Shown here: positions 12,331 to 25,763 of the stretch, piece by piece | Layout of the letters: each line of letters begins with the position of its first letter | Position numbering within the stretch: position 1 is the stretch's first letter | NCBI GenBank assembly: GCA_977020255.1 | Contig: CDROCS010000184.1 | Location: forward strand, 62,001-126,000 | Length of the DNA stretch: 64,000 nt | Origin: Obrimoposthia wandeli | Lineage: Eukaryota | Direction of reading: 5' to 3' | Position numbers and translations under genes: made by a program | Notes under the pieces: generated by a model | What the model was told of the DNA's origin: nothing | Seen by the model: the letters and a program-made list of their open reading frames with translations, nothing else | The model's database searches: none

Positions 12331-15300
12331 TATTAAAAGATTGAGCATATATTCTATTTTGTAGCTGTATGATGATAAAAACTGAAAACGAGTCAGTTTC
12401 ATCTAGTGGGTTTACAGTAAGTATTCAAATAAATTACGAGGGCTGCACAATTTTACCCATTTTCTTCAGGCTATAAACTCGGTGGTATGCAGATAGGGAC
12501 TGGAGTATAGTTATAACCCGTGAACAATAAAATAATGTAATGAATGTAGTATTGTAACGTTGTTGGATGCACGACTGATAGGGCATCCCTTAAGGTTAAA
12601 TTTGGGGCAGAAATTACTTCTTGTCTTCAACAGTGTATAGCACATTGTATTCATTTGTTATGATTGAAAATATTTTGAAGCCATGGAACTGCGTTTGAGA
12701 GTGTTGGCTTCAATAGAAAACGTATTTTATGACGAATGGACCTTATATAAGCTCGCTGATACTCTTAGTCAATTTGAATCATCTGTAAAGATTACTTGCA
12801 GCAAAAATTGGAATTAACTAATAACTGATATACTTATGACAATTTGCATTGAGACTTAACAATAAATAAAATTGCTGTGTCGCTATTTATAAAGAAGGCA
12901 GAAAGAAATTATTTCATTTTTATGATATATGATCAATCCAACAAGATGTCAAGAAAATTGCACATCAAACATTTCTTAGGCATTTTCCTTTAAAATTTCA
13001 AACTGCATTTGAGGATGAAGCAAACCTTATTTTTAAAATGAATCAATAATAAGGTTACCGTGTTTAATTTTTCAAAATAGAGTATTTTCGTTAAAAATGT
13101 CACTAAAAAAGAGAACTAAAGTATAAAACTTCGACAATATATTTTAAAATACTTACGATACAAACAAAAAGCAATAATACATTTATGAAACAAAACAAGA
13201 GCAAAATGACAATGAATATAAACCCAACAAAAATGGTAACAAAGTAGTTGATGAATTTCTGAAGGGCTGTTTGTGTTATCAATTGGTTGAAGACTTCTTG
13301 ATCATTTTTTGAAAGAGAATTTCCAACCACAGTTATGATAACCCTTATCGAAATGTTCTAAAATAATTATTTTAAATAAATAATTTTTACCACTAGGATG
13401 TATTTCATATACTTTTGTAAATCAAAAATTAACAAAGTAAACAAAAAATTGTTAGCATGAAAAAGGTAAAGATTAAAAAAGTACACAACTCAAATAGGGT
13501 GCATTTAAAAAGGTAAATAAAAAAATTCTTTGCTTTGATGTTAACTACAACTTAAAACATTTTGAAGCTACTATGAAAAAACTCGAAAATTTAGATCTGT
13601 TGCATCACGCCCTACTTACAACTAAACCAACAAATGCTAAATATGAATAGCAGGAAAATACTTTTTATCTAAGCTTCCTTCAAGAATGTCAGAAAAGATA
13701 AATAATAAAAGCTAATTTTAACTGCGTAATTATTTCGTTATATTTATTATTTACATAAAATAAGTAGTATTTACCTATTATTCTCTTAAACACTGTATAT
13801 TAGTTTAAAATAAGGTTCTCAATATTAACTGTCGATTATAAACCGATTTTGATTCTTCAGTTATTCTTTAAAACTAGTCATGGCTGATCAGAATACGATT
13901 CGTCCGGAATGGTCAATTTATAGACTTTTTTAATATGATTAACTGGCGCATAAGACTTGGTTCTCTTTGGGTGGGATTTCGCCTAATTGGATTGTACTCT
14001 ATAACTCAGTCTGTATATTGGTCATAATTGTGTTTTTCAGTTGATGTACGTTCGTTCCACACCTTTCCAGTCAAACCAGTTGTTTTGATTTTCCCCTTTT
14101 ATATTAATTCACTTATTATACGAAGGTCAATAATAATCTAGTCTATGTTATATTTAATTAACTTGTATTTTTTTTCTAAATTAAAGTCAATTAATGTCAA
14201 TTTGGAGGTTATACTTTTAATATAAATTAAAATATTTCTTATTTTACGATTCAGTCCGGGACTTTACAAAAGCTTGTTTTATGTACGATTTGAAGCACAA
14301 ATTTGAAAAAAATATTATTAAAATAACTTGGATACTGCTAGAAATTTAATGGAATCTTTCAAAGACCCTACAAGCGCAGAATACTGCAACAACGATTGAA
14401 AATAGGAAATCAACCAAGAGCGTAATTGTACATGATTCTTATAGAGTTACTAATTTCATAAAAACACAGAATGACGATTTAATATCAATATACGGAAGAA
14501 ATTATAGAAAGGATGGTAACATTTTCAGTCGAAATACTCCCAGAACCAAATTTATTTATTTAAAGTAGTGAATGATATAATTAAAGCCCGGCCTGAATTA
14601 ATTCATTGAAATTTAACTGAGTTGAAACAGGCTGGAAATATTTCTCCAGACTGGTAAATAAAAGATTCTACTTGTAAACTTTACTACTTTGATTTATAAG
14701 TAATATATTAATATATATTGAACCTTTCCATATTTTGCATATATTACAAAATCGGTTAGATAACAAAGTTAAAACTATTTATATAAATCAAATTTTGTAG
14801 ACAAATGCTTCTTAAATTTTTTTTTCAACGAAGATATTTAAAAATTTGTAAATATATTTTTTTTAATATTTAAATACACTTTTTTATCAATCATCAATAA
14901 AACTTGAACTTTCCTAAAACCTGCACTAAATCTTAACTGTTTTTGCGAAATCAATTGTTCACATTTTGTAAATTTTACCATAGTAAACAAATCTCAAAAT
15001 AAAGCAATCTATTTTAGTTCATAACAACTGTGAATATTAATACAACCTTATGATACAGAATCTACCAATTAAACTCATATTTGCTAAAGTCGAAACAATT
15101 GATTTAAAAAAAAATTTATATCATAAGCTTTCAAACCTTTGTAAAGATTTTTGACTATTTTTATCGGCCCTTCTACCTCCAATTTCAACAATAAATTAAT
15201 CAAAGTTGTTAGAATTTTACAAAAGAACTTCTAAAACATTTTCAGCGGTTTTGTTTAAAGACACTTGGAAGAAAAACTCTTTAAATATAATAATAATTTC

Positions 15301-15425
15301 AAAGAGCCAATAAAAAGCGGAAATCCCATACAAAGATTGAATTAGCCTATGATATAAGATCTTTTATTTCAAGTCAACACGGTTTCAGTATCAGGGAAAT
15401 AGTGCACTTTGTCCAGTGATTCCGG

Positions 15426-15668
15426 TCAACTTCTAATCTGGGAGAGATTAAATCCCCCACCCGTAAAGCGGGTTTGTTCTTGATTCCTCTGCGGCAAAAT
15501 CGATCCGTAGTGGTTCTCATTCTCCTGGATGTCTTTCACCATTCTCTCCTGCTTCTTTTGTTTGAAATACCGTTGCTTGACATCCTGATATTCTTTGGCT
15601 AACTTATCCAGCTCGAATTTGTGCTCCTTGATTTGACTTTCGTACATGTTGTTCTCGGAAATCAGCGT
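15426..15668 (-). CDS. CFAP58: CFAP58/CCDC147 exon 6 (last; TLISENNMYESQ...GGGFNLSQIRS*)
   Basis: Acceptor ttttgcAG at 15670-15669; 243 nt in phase 0; C-terminal GGGF motif of CFAP58. Confidence 0.9.
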   Translation of the reverse strand, partial: TLISENNMYESQIKEHKFELDKLAKEYQDVKQRYFKQKKQERMVKDIQENENHYGSILPQRNQEQTRFTGGGFNLSQIRS

Positions 15669-16803
15669 CTGCAAAAACAAATAAAACGATTTAAAAGAAA
15701 CAATCAACATATGCTAATATCCATTCAAATTTCCGGTGACAAAATTACTATTAATGGATGATTAACTATGGTGAAATATCAACAGAAACGATAACCAGCT
15801 AGATATAGATGAAGTGAGAACAATAATTTAAAATAACAACAAAAATATAGGTGGCTAAGATGATACTGGGCTGCAGTATTTAAATCAATGTGTACTTAAT
15901 GGCTTCAAGAAGATTAAGGGAATACAGAAGTAGAAAAATATCGTCAACTAAGGTGGAAAACGTATATGAAAATGAAGAAATTGGAAATATACCCGCTGAA
16001 ATTTTAAAAATAATTGAAAGTTTCAAGTTGATTCTAATGTTTCTAATGTTTTTTAGCAATAATGTATCACATTGGAAAGAATTCTCCGACAACTATGTTC
16101 TATAATACAGGAATAAATAACTTTTAATGTGAAGATTTTTTATGATAAGCGTTCTTGTTTTACAAAAATGGTGAGATAAAGAAGTTTTTCATGGCTTACC
16201 GAATATAGTTTTTCTGCAATCACACAGATTAACCAGACTTCATACCATAAAGAACCACCTAAGATAGTTTTTATACAACCGAAGTAATAAGTTACTAATA
16301 TGATAATACTGATATAATAGATAAAACTCATCCCGATAATAAAACGCTATAGAAAATTAATATTTTACACGTTCACAAAAGATATATTACAAATCTGAGA
16401 TAGCCAAACCATGAAGTCTACCCAAACGCAGAGACATACAGAGTTTCAGCTAAATATGACTAACGGGATAGTTTCCCAATGAAATCAATAATCAAAATGT
16501 GTTGTCCCTAAAAATATTTTTCAAAACTGTTTATCTACAATACATCTATATAGCACTTAAATCAAATACAACAGTCATAATGGAATCATACTCGGAATAC
16601 ACAACGCAACATAACAAACAAAACATATTACGTGTAGAACTGGAAATAACGAAATATGTATGCACATGTACACCTTGGCAAAAAAAGTAACAGTTATATG
16701 ATTGCCAATTAAATAGTATATCATGTTTTCGAGGTTCAGGTTGTAGAAAATGAATTAATTCCAAAAAACCGTCACTTAATACGTGGTTAATAATATGGCA
16801 ATA

Positions 16804-17191
16804 TGTGACAAATGTTAATTTAATATTAAACAAAAATTAATCAATGCAAATTAAATTAAAATTTACGTTTCTAATCAGTTAAAAATGCGAAAGGGAAATC
16901 GATCAAATATCTTCGCGAACAGTGAAGGCAATTATTTTTTTCCCTAGCAGCGGTCCTATAAATCTTCAGAACCAATCAATTAATGCATTCAATGAACTAG
17001 TCGCGATACTTCAAACCTCCAAAACTGCCCAATCATCCAACCGTCTACGACTACCCAACTATCCGTCGATCCACAACTATCAACAATTTTAATTATAGTT
17101 TTTTACTGAATAAAGACGTTTAAAAGTGTATTTGCCAGATTGTATTTACCCAACCAAATCTCAGACTGTCTGACTACAAATTCCACTCACA
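16804..17191 (+). mobile_element. Possible solo LTR in the last CFAP58 intron
   Basis: TGTGA...TCACA ends, internal CTATAAAT then AATAAA; no matching TSD. Confidence 0.3.
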
Positions 17192-17349
17192 TATTTTCAT
17201 AAAAAAATAGACCAAAACACATAAACTTTAATAACTGTCAAGCTAAAATCATATAGCCAAAAACCGGAGCTTCAACATGACCCTTGTCCAATCAAAGATG
17301 AAACCTAAACAAAGAAAAGTTCATAAAAAAAGTTGACCCCCCATAAAAA

Positions 17350-17375
17350 ATATATATATATATATATATATATAT
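17350..17375. repeat. (TA)n microsatellite
   Basis: Direct reading. Confidence 0.95.
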
Positions 17376-17607
17376 GCCACCAAATAATTTAAAATAAACG
17401 ACCAAAAAATGCAACTATCTACCGCTTGTGGGTGGATTTGAGATGATATTTTTAACAGGAGTACAACCAAATAAATTATACCATCACAGAGTGCGTTTAA
17501 TTGTATCCATACTCCAAATAACAAATTCAGCTTCGTTTTAGAATTCCTTCGAGGTCAAATTTTTGTTGTTGTTGGAAATCCATCTTATTTTTGCACATGG
17601 CATTCAG

Positions 17608-17649
17608 ATGGCTCTACACAGACTTATGGCTCTACACAGACTTATGGCT
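17608..17649. repeat. 18-bp tandem repeat x2.3
   Basis: ATGGCTCTACACAGACTT repeated. Confidence 0.9.
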
Positions 17650-18201
17650 TCGTTCTTCCTTTAAAATCTTTAATGTTATTTCTATTTTACATAATTTTAA
17701 ATTAAACATTTATATCTATAACATTATTATAATACACGTTTTTTCAAACTTCACTGGTATTTTTTTCACAAATTTTTTTAAACTAATGCGTCGATGTAAA
17801 TAACTTTATAATCTAACGTTTGAAAAATTCTGAAATTTTTATTCATTACCATACTTTTCAACAGTTCTGTACGTAATCTTAGATTGTTCTTTCCTGAAAA
17901 CAGGAAGATGAAAATGATTTAAAAATAAATTTGTCTTTGATTCTCCACTGTTGTATTTTCGGACCATCCCTATTTAAAATGGAAAAATAACTTATTGTGG
18001 GGACACATGGTATGTTTCTGACATACTTCTTTATTCATTGATGTTGAATTCACACAATCATTGTTCATTATTAACGCTAAAACTTAAAATAGAAATGTTA
18101 AAATCTTTTTTCAAACAATTAGACCTACATGTAAACGACGAGATATTTAATAAAAGTAGCTGGAATATGTATAGTAAGCCTAAAAAAGTCAAAATCCCAA
18201 C

Positions 18202-18426
18202 CTTGAGCTGTTTATTCTTTTGTTTCAAGGTCATTTGATACATGGACAATTGTTCGGCCACTTCTGGACCGGGTTGTCTGGCCAAAATATGCTTCAATTC
18301 CACATAGAGTTTCTCCTTCTCCTGAATCAGCATCTCTTTTTCAACGACCTCCTCGGTCTTTGTAATAAGACGCTTCTGAAGAGTCTGGATCTTCTGGATC
18401 ATCTCAAATGTTGAGGGATCACTACC
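18202..18426 (-). CDS. CFAP58: CFAP58 exon 5 (GSDPSTFEMIQKIQTLQKRLI...ARQPGPEVAEQL)
   Basis: AG/GT bounded, 225 nt; HRWRKLE|GSDPS and LARQPGPE are hallmark CFAP58 motifs. Confidence 0.93.
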
Positions 18427-18648
18427 CTGAAAGAAAATCTACGTTAAATGGTTAATGGATTTAAAAAAGAAAAGAAACAACAACAAAAAACATTAACGAC
18501 AACTAAAGTTTGGAACATAACAAAGCCAAATTTCCAATCTAAACCTCAGGTAAATACTCAAACTCTCGCCATTCTTCAAAATAATTCATCTAGTAAAAGA
18601 AGAAGAAATGTTAAAAACTTTGAACAGTGATTACCAACAAAATCATAC

Positions 18649-20359
18649 CTCTAACTTTCGCCAGCGATGGACATTCATAGGGTTCTCCAGTTCCTCTTCA
18701 AGTGCCTTACATCGAGTTCTTTCTCGTAGGAGTTCTCGCTGCAAGTGGTACACTTCACGCTTTAAGTCGTCAACATTGGCCACATTCTTCTGCAGAATAT
18801 TCTTCTCCCTGCGTAGTTTTTTGATCTCCAGCTTCAATAGACGAATATCCTCCAGACGCTGGTTGTACTGCACTTCCCCTTTGTTCAAGATCGACTGTTG
18901 AATCTTTATCTTCTCGTACAGAAGAGCCAACTCGTCATTTCTTTTCACCAATTGATTACCAAGAATATCTCGCTCACTCGTCACTTGTTCCAATTCTTTC
19001 TTCTGACGAGCTTGCTCTTTCTCAGCATCAACAATGATCTTTGTTAATTTCTTTTCTTCGGCTTCCTGAGCCTCGATGTAAGCCTTGTTTTCGGCAGACT
19101 GAGCTTTCAGTTTGATGTATTCATTCTTCAGTTGTTCCTTCTCTTTATCCACCTTCTGTTTCTCAGCATTCTCCTTCACCAAGCACGCTTCTTTGTTGAG
19201 AATTTCGTCCTTCAACTGATCTATTTGGTGGTTCATTATCTTTAATTTGCGCTTCATTTCGGTTATTTCGTCTTGAGACTCAATTAGATTTTTACTGTAT
19301 AGATTACGATCACCTCGTACAGCTTCATAGAGATTTTGCTGTTGCTTCAATTTTGTTTCCAACTCATAAATCTTCTTTTTGTTGTCGAAAATCTGCATTT
19401 CACGGATTTTAACTTCTTCCATATGCTGCAGAACTTTCTTCGTCAATTCCGAAGCTTCGTTGATGTACTTGTCTCGCTCTTTTTCCAATTGGAAAATAAT
19501 CGTTCTTTGTTTCTCTGCTTCTTCTTTGTGATTTTGGATTTCTTGTTTCAGGTTTTTGTTAGACGTCTCATGCATTTTCACTGTTTCTACTTCCTTGTTT
19601 GTCTGATCCATTGCCTTCTTTAGATTCCGATTCAGATTGTCTCGTTCTTTGGTCATCTCTTCACAGCGACGCTTGTCTTCTTCCTGTTCTTTCTTGATTG
19701 CATTCAGTTCATTGTTGAGTCGAGTTATTTCTGACTTAAGTCTATCTTTCTGTTGATCAATTTCGCCCTTTTGATCTTCGGTATTCTTCAAGCGCTTATT
19801 GAGGCTTTCTTTCATCTTTGACAGCTTTGATACTTCGGTCTTCAGGTGTGTCACTTCGTCTTCACGATTCTTTAATTCTACTGCTTTGTGCTCGTTTGCT
19901 TGTCTCAGTTCATTCGTGTCTTCGACTTGTTTGTCCAGCTTCTTTTGTTGCTCCTTCAGTTTGGTGTCTCCAACTGCCAACTGCTTCTGAATACCTTCCA
20001 AATCTGTTTTACATCTATTCAACTCGTCTTCCTTCATTTTCAGATCATGTCGCTGACTTTCAATAACGCCGTTGAGATTCTTGATCTCAATTCCTTTGGC
20101 CTCCACTTCTGCTTTTGTAGTCTTGAGGTCCTTGTCCATTTTGTCCTTTTTCCGGCTTTCTCGTTGAGCTTCACTGTTTCGTTGTTGGATTTCATTGTTC
20201 AGCTCGTCGATCTTGTCATTTCCATCAGCGACATCTTTCTCCAGATCTGAAAACCGCTTTTTACTGTCTTCCACAAGATCTCGGAGTTTCTTGTTGTCTG
20301 TCATAAATGTATCTCTCTCTTTCGTTAGCTGGTCTTTCACTTTGAGAAGGTCCGTAACG
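18649..20359 (-). CDS. CFAP58: CFAP58 exon 4 (long coiled coil)
   Basis: 1711 nt (1+570 codons), AG/GT bounded; YEAVRGDRNLYSKNLIE, ERDILGNQLVKRNDEL, ELENPMNVHRWRKLE. Confidence 0.95.
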
Positions 20360-20732
20360 CTGAAATTGGAAATTGTGTGAGAAAGATCCACAGAAATGAA
20401 TAAATTTCGATTATACAAGACTTAGTTGAAAAAAAATTAAAAATAAACTAATTAAGAACGTTTAATATTTTGCAATTTTTTGAAATGAAATGAAATTTAG
20501 AAAATATTGAAGTTTTATGAAAAAGATAGAAAGATATTGGAGAAAGGTTCACTATGATAAGCTCAAAGAATGGACAAATTGCATTAAGAATCGGGTACCG
20601 TATTATATGAAGTATTATAAAGAATTTAAAAATATATGACAAAATTAAAAATTAGGTAGTGATAAAAAGTTATCAAAAATATTTGTGCAATGAATTATGT
20701 TAGCCTAAAATTAGTATAAAACATGTCTAAAC

Positions 20733-21097
20733 CTCATTTCCGGGCCGCTTCCAAGCGACGCTCCCTGCTCCACGAGTTTGGTGAGATTCTCTATCTCCAA
20801 TTTTAAGTTCTTGATTGTTTCCCGAGCTGCAGTTTCTTTCTCTGTTGCTGAATCTACCAACTTCCATGCTTTCTCGATTTCTTTCTTCAGTGACGCTATT
20901 GTATTCTGATCCTCTTGTGACAGCTTCACAGCAGTTGCAACTTTAGAGGCATTCGAGACAATTTCCGCTTTCAATTCGCGACATTTCTGCATTAATTTTT
21001 TCTCACTTTCGTGGGATTTGTTAAGTGCGCGCATTATCTTTTCATATTCCTCTCTAAACTTGTCAAGGCCGGCATTGCTTTGCAAGTCTCGTAAGAT
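20733..21097 (-). CDS. CFAP58: CFAP58 exon 3
   Basis: 365 nt ending in phase 2; LDKFREEYEK...SHESEKKLMQKCREL...LKKEIEKAWK. Confidence 0.92.
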
Positions 21098-21135
21098 CTA
21101 AAGCTTAAAATTAACTTACTTTTAAACAAAATTAC

Positions 21136-21225
21136 TTCTTGAAAGTCTTTCTCTAGTGCTTCAAAAGCTATGTCATCTATAGCAGGTTTAATCGACTCTT
21201 TGGTTTCTTTTTCTTTTTTTTCTTC
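21136..21225 (-). CDS. CFAP58: CFAP58 exon 2
   Basis: 90 nt, AG/GT bounded; AFEALEKDFQE matches the CFAP58 N-terminus; followed by a 38-nt intron. Confidence 0.85.
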
Positions 21226-21280
21226 CTATAAAAATAATTATAATTATAATTGAATTTGAATATAAATATTAATATATTAC

Positions 21281-21289
21281 TTCACTCAT
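21281..21289 (-). CDS. CFAP58: CFAP58 exon 1 (ATG AGT GAA)
   Basis: ATG followed by a GTAA donor and a 55-nt intron in frame with exon 2; the joined CDS is 2643 nt (880 aa). Confidence 0.65.
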
Positions 21290-21505
21290 TTATTAATTTT
21301 CGATTATAATATATTTCGTATAATATATTTAAATTTTAATAATCAATACAGTTTAAAAAAACGCGATTTCATACACCTAGACTCCAAGTAGAAAAACAAA
21401 CGTATGATTTAAGTTAAACATCGAGATTTTTATTATCCAAAATTAATTGTAATGATATTTTTACTACTAGTTATAACGATAATATATTTAATGTAGCGCT
21501 AATAT

Positions 21506-21508
<3 letters not shown>

Positions 21509-21538
<30 letters not shown>
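21509..21538. repeat. (AT)n microsatellite upstream of CFAP58
   Basis: Direct reading. Confidence 0.95.
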
Positions 21539-21542
<4 letters not shown>

Positions 21543-24469
21543 CATTACTCAAAAGCTCTTCCTCGGCTAGTTATTTGAAAATATCTGCTTCACTGCATCA
21601 TACTCGAAAAGGTCATATAAATAATTTAATTCAATTCTGGGACTTATCGGCTGCTAATGGAGTTTCATTGAATATTCACTCGTACTAGCCTCTTTTTATA
21701 ATTTTGGATATAATTCGGGCGGAGTTATTTAAATTTTTTATTTACTGATATAATTGATAAACATGAATATTAAACAGAAAAGATTTTTGATAATCAATTC
21801 TTAATAAAATAATCGTATCTTTACATTTAAAAACAGTTGAAATTACTTTCCTTTTGAAATGAAGTGTCAGGCTAAATATTTTAATTCTATAAATATTAGT
21901 TATGTAATCAGAATTATCCAACCCGCAATATTTGTTTGTAAAACTCCATATATACAATGTATACTATACATGTATAAATATATATTATGGTTGTGGAATC
22001 TGACGCTTTTGAATTATGTTTACGATAGAAAACATAGATTTGTTCATTGGCTATGTTAACTTTGATATTTTCGATTATGAGCGATGTTTTATATTGAAAA
22101 TATGTAACAAATTTATTGGTAACTTTGTATTTATCATTTTCAAATCAATTTCAATTTTTATTTTGTCAGAATAATTTTGCAGAACTTTAAATATTTTCTC
22201 AGAATCAATTTTACTGTTTGTAAAAGTTCTGTTTCTCTTCAATCGCTTCTTACATTGATAATTTTTTCTACAAATTTTGTGCATTTACATATTAATTATA
22301 AACTTAAAATTGAAATTTATTTTCAAAGTATTTTCAAAGTATTTTTAAAGAAACTTTTCAAATACATAAATTTAATTCTTTGTATTAAAAATGTACTAAA
22401 CATTGCTTGCAAAATTAAATGTATTTTTAATTTTTAAATTAAGAACTGCCTGGATACAAACAATCTGATGAGCAACTGATCAAGATTAAGTCACTTAGTG
22501 TAACAAATATACCTGAAAATGTGCCGTTACAATGAAACGAGAAACAAACTGAAAATGTTAAAACATCTCCCATTATCAGTGGAGGATGAAGCGGATATAA
22601 CTTCTCAGTAAACAGCATTTGAGAGCACATTACATATTGAAGACTAGTAATATTATATCGAAGACGATGACTTGTACTTAATGATGTACTTCATATGCGA
22701 GACATTACACGAGACAATACATATGGAAGGTTAAATATGCAGCCAACCTTGTTATTAGTTTATTAAGCTGACGATTTGCAAACTTCTCCTAGATGAAGTG
22801 ATATGATCGTAGGCAGGGCTCCCGCTAATTCTTTTTACTCGTGTGCGGAAAACTTCAGATTTGTGCGCTGTTTTCAAAAAATTAAAATTTTTGTGCGCTA
22901 TATTTAAAAAAAAAAAAGACACCAATTTTTAATATTACTAATATAACTACATACTTTAATATAACAGAAATAAACATTATCCAATTTATATTTAAAAAAA
23001 AATTTTCTTAGTTCTTTTCTCGTCGATCTCGATTCGTAGGTAACCTATTGTTGGTCATTAATTGCTGATTCAATTTATTTAATCAGTGATTAATTAATAA
23101 GGGCCAATAAGCGGCCGATGACAATTTAAGTTTTTTTTGTATACAAGTGTATGTGTACGAATGTCAGGCTATATAATAGCCATACATAAAAGATTGAAAT
23201 TGTAGTACTTAATATTAAAAAAATTTGATCTCGACGAAAAATATCGAAAACAACTTATAAAAGCATCAAAGTACTTAAAATAATTCTAAATATCTTTAAA
23301 AACATAAATAGTAGTTATATATTTTTAAAACTACTTACAATGCATGTAAACTAGAGAAAATATTTCTAAATCGACTTACAAATAGTTAAAGTAGTTATAA
23401 TTTTAAAGACAAAATTAACACATGAATAGATCTTTATAAACAAGAACGATTTTTTAAAATTATTTATAAACAGCTATTTGTAAGTATGTATAGATATGTA
23501 TAATATTGTTAGAATTAGGAAAACTAAAAAATAAGATAAAATTCTAAGTGTTTATATTAAGGAGTTCTACCTTATAATCAAGGTTAAAAGTAAATTTGTT
23601 ATAATAAAAAAAAAGAAAAGATTTTGGAAAATAATTTAGGACCTTGAAGAGGTCATGTATGATGTGGTATGTGTAAAAGAGTTTAGGATGTGGGATATTC
23701 ACAAGTTATTCCCAACAAATTAATTAATTTAAGACAAAGGGCACAAGAAAATAATATAACAAGAAATCAATTATTGTGAAAATTAATTGATGATCGCTGG
23801 GAAGAAAACCAGCCGCTGAAAAGAAAATCAATTATTGAGAAATCCAATAATTGGCGACATAGGACTCGATCGCTGAGAAGAAGCCAGTCGCCACCAGTAG
23901 CTGGATTACGGGATACAAAATCCATTAGGGCGTAGAAAGGAAATTGGATTAAAAAGCAAAAGATGATAGAAGACAAATTACTTAGTGGGAAGAAGTCCAG
24001 CCGATGCCAATTCCAGACAGAAACCCATTACGCGTGGGATCCAGACTTAGCTTAAGTGGAATTCGATTAACTGTTTTTCGTTCAGGAAAAGTTATAAAAG
24101 CGAAATTTCTGAAGAAAATTGCCAGTGGCGAAACAAGAGTAAAATTATTTGAGAAGTGGAATTACTGGGAAAAAGTGAACTTCCGAAAAACAAAACAAAT
24201 ATATTTAGAACTAATTTCATCAGTGAGCATCGACTGATCAGACTCAAGGTAAGTTTCGAACACGACGCTGGGAGAGTAGAGTTAACACAGATCACCCAGG
24301 AAAATTTGGCCAGACTTGACAAGACAGATATCAGAAAGCGCAGTGGAGCAGAGACCAACTAGACTAAGTGGACACTACGAAAACGGGAAGCCTGAAACGA
24401 GGAAGACTTTCGAGGTTAGTAATATAACTGATAGGCGACGGGATTTGAATTTAAATAAAATTATCTTAT

Positions 24470-24680
24470 ATTTTGAAGCTAAAATTGAATAAAAAACCTG
24501 TTGTCATTATCTTATAATTTGAAGTTAAAATTTAGTGAAAGACCCTATTGTCCTTGTTATATATTTTGAAACTAAAAGTTAGTAAAAAACTCTATTGTTA
24601 TTTTCGTATATTGAAGTTAAAATTAAGTGAATAAATCTATAGTTATTGTCATATTTTGAAAATAAAATTAAGTGAAAACT
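24470..24680. repeat. Degenerate tandem repeat of about 45 bp (about 5 copies)
   Basis: Recurrent TTTTGAA(G/A)(C/T)TAAAATT(T/A)AGTGAA...CTATTGT units. Confidence 0.7.
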
Positions 24681-25763
24681 TTGTGAAAGATCGTATAAGA
24701 TAATTGTACAATAAAAAGTTCTCTAGATCAGTAAAACGCAGTTGATATTTAGCAACTGTTACTTAAAATTGAACGTCAAATCTATTAAAAAAATTAAATT
24801 CAATACGTTAGACTAATCAATACATCCTTGTTTATCCTGTGTTGAAACGAGTGTAGTAGGACAAGTTATTGTCGTCTGTAGCACCTTTTTAGTTAAGTGT
24901 GAATTAACATAGTATTTCCTACACATCAAGTAGAGTTAATTCGAGCGACCCATATAGGACTAAAGAGATACGAATTTCACTATACACGAACTTACATTAA
25001 CGGAAAACTATTTAGTGTAATACGAACACCACTCTCTACGCAACTGCAATACAAACACAAAAAAGAACCCTTCAGAACTAAAATTAAGTGAAATAAACTC
25101 AAAAAGATAGGCCACATACATATGTAAGCCGTATTGCTACAGAACTCACGTTAGGGGCCTCCATACGAGTATCTCGTTTCAATTAGAAACCCCAACACTA
25201 TTATACATATCATATAGATATTATACATCTTATATAGATATGTAAGTATGTATTGATATTTTTAAACATAATTCGTTTGTATCAAGAATGTCTTCATATT
25301 ATAATTTATTTGTTTAAAATTTTCAAACTATTTAGAATTGCTTTTGTTGTAGAACATATATAATACACTTAAGGTTTGAAAGTCTTAATTTTAACGTCTA
25401 TAATTGGTATGGATTATGCTTGACATTAAGCTCAGAATTAAAAGTTAATCAAAACAATTAATCATAAGAACTTTCAAGTAAACTACTACAATCAACCACA
25501 TGAACTTTCAAGTCAACTATGACCATCAACGATTAATAAATATAGGTTTATTTGTGTTAATTAATATTTATTTGAATAGGTCGTCATTTTGCCAATTTTT
25601 GTTTAGTGCAATAATACCCCTAGCACATTGATGTCAGAAGCAAATCAGAACAAATCATTTAATAATAAAATTCAACAAACTCTCTTCGTTAATTCACGAA
25701 ACCTATTGTTAACCACAAACTCTCAATTCTCTCCAATACTGAATTCCCGTCACTACCGACTAC

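Noticed and set aside
12435-12460. TACGAGGG mariner-like TIR start
   Set aside because: No matching opposite TIR or transposase motif was found.
18608-20380. Plus-strand ORFs overlapping CFAP58 exon 4
   Set aside because: Antisense shadow frames of a coiled-coil exon.
24107-24150. CTGAAGA...GCCAGTGGC-GAAAC, hammerhead-like
   Set aside because: Five extra nt lie between the core and stem II, and there is no stem III/NUH partner.
25758-25763. 6-bp TSD for Polinton 1
   Set aside because: GACTAC on the left does not match AGTTAT on the right; the right terminus is decayed.
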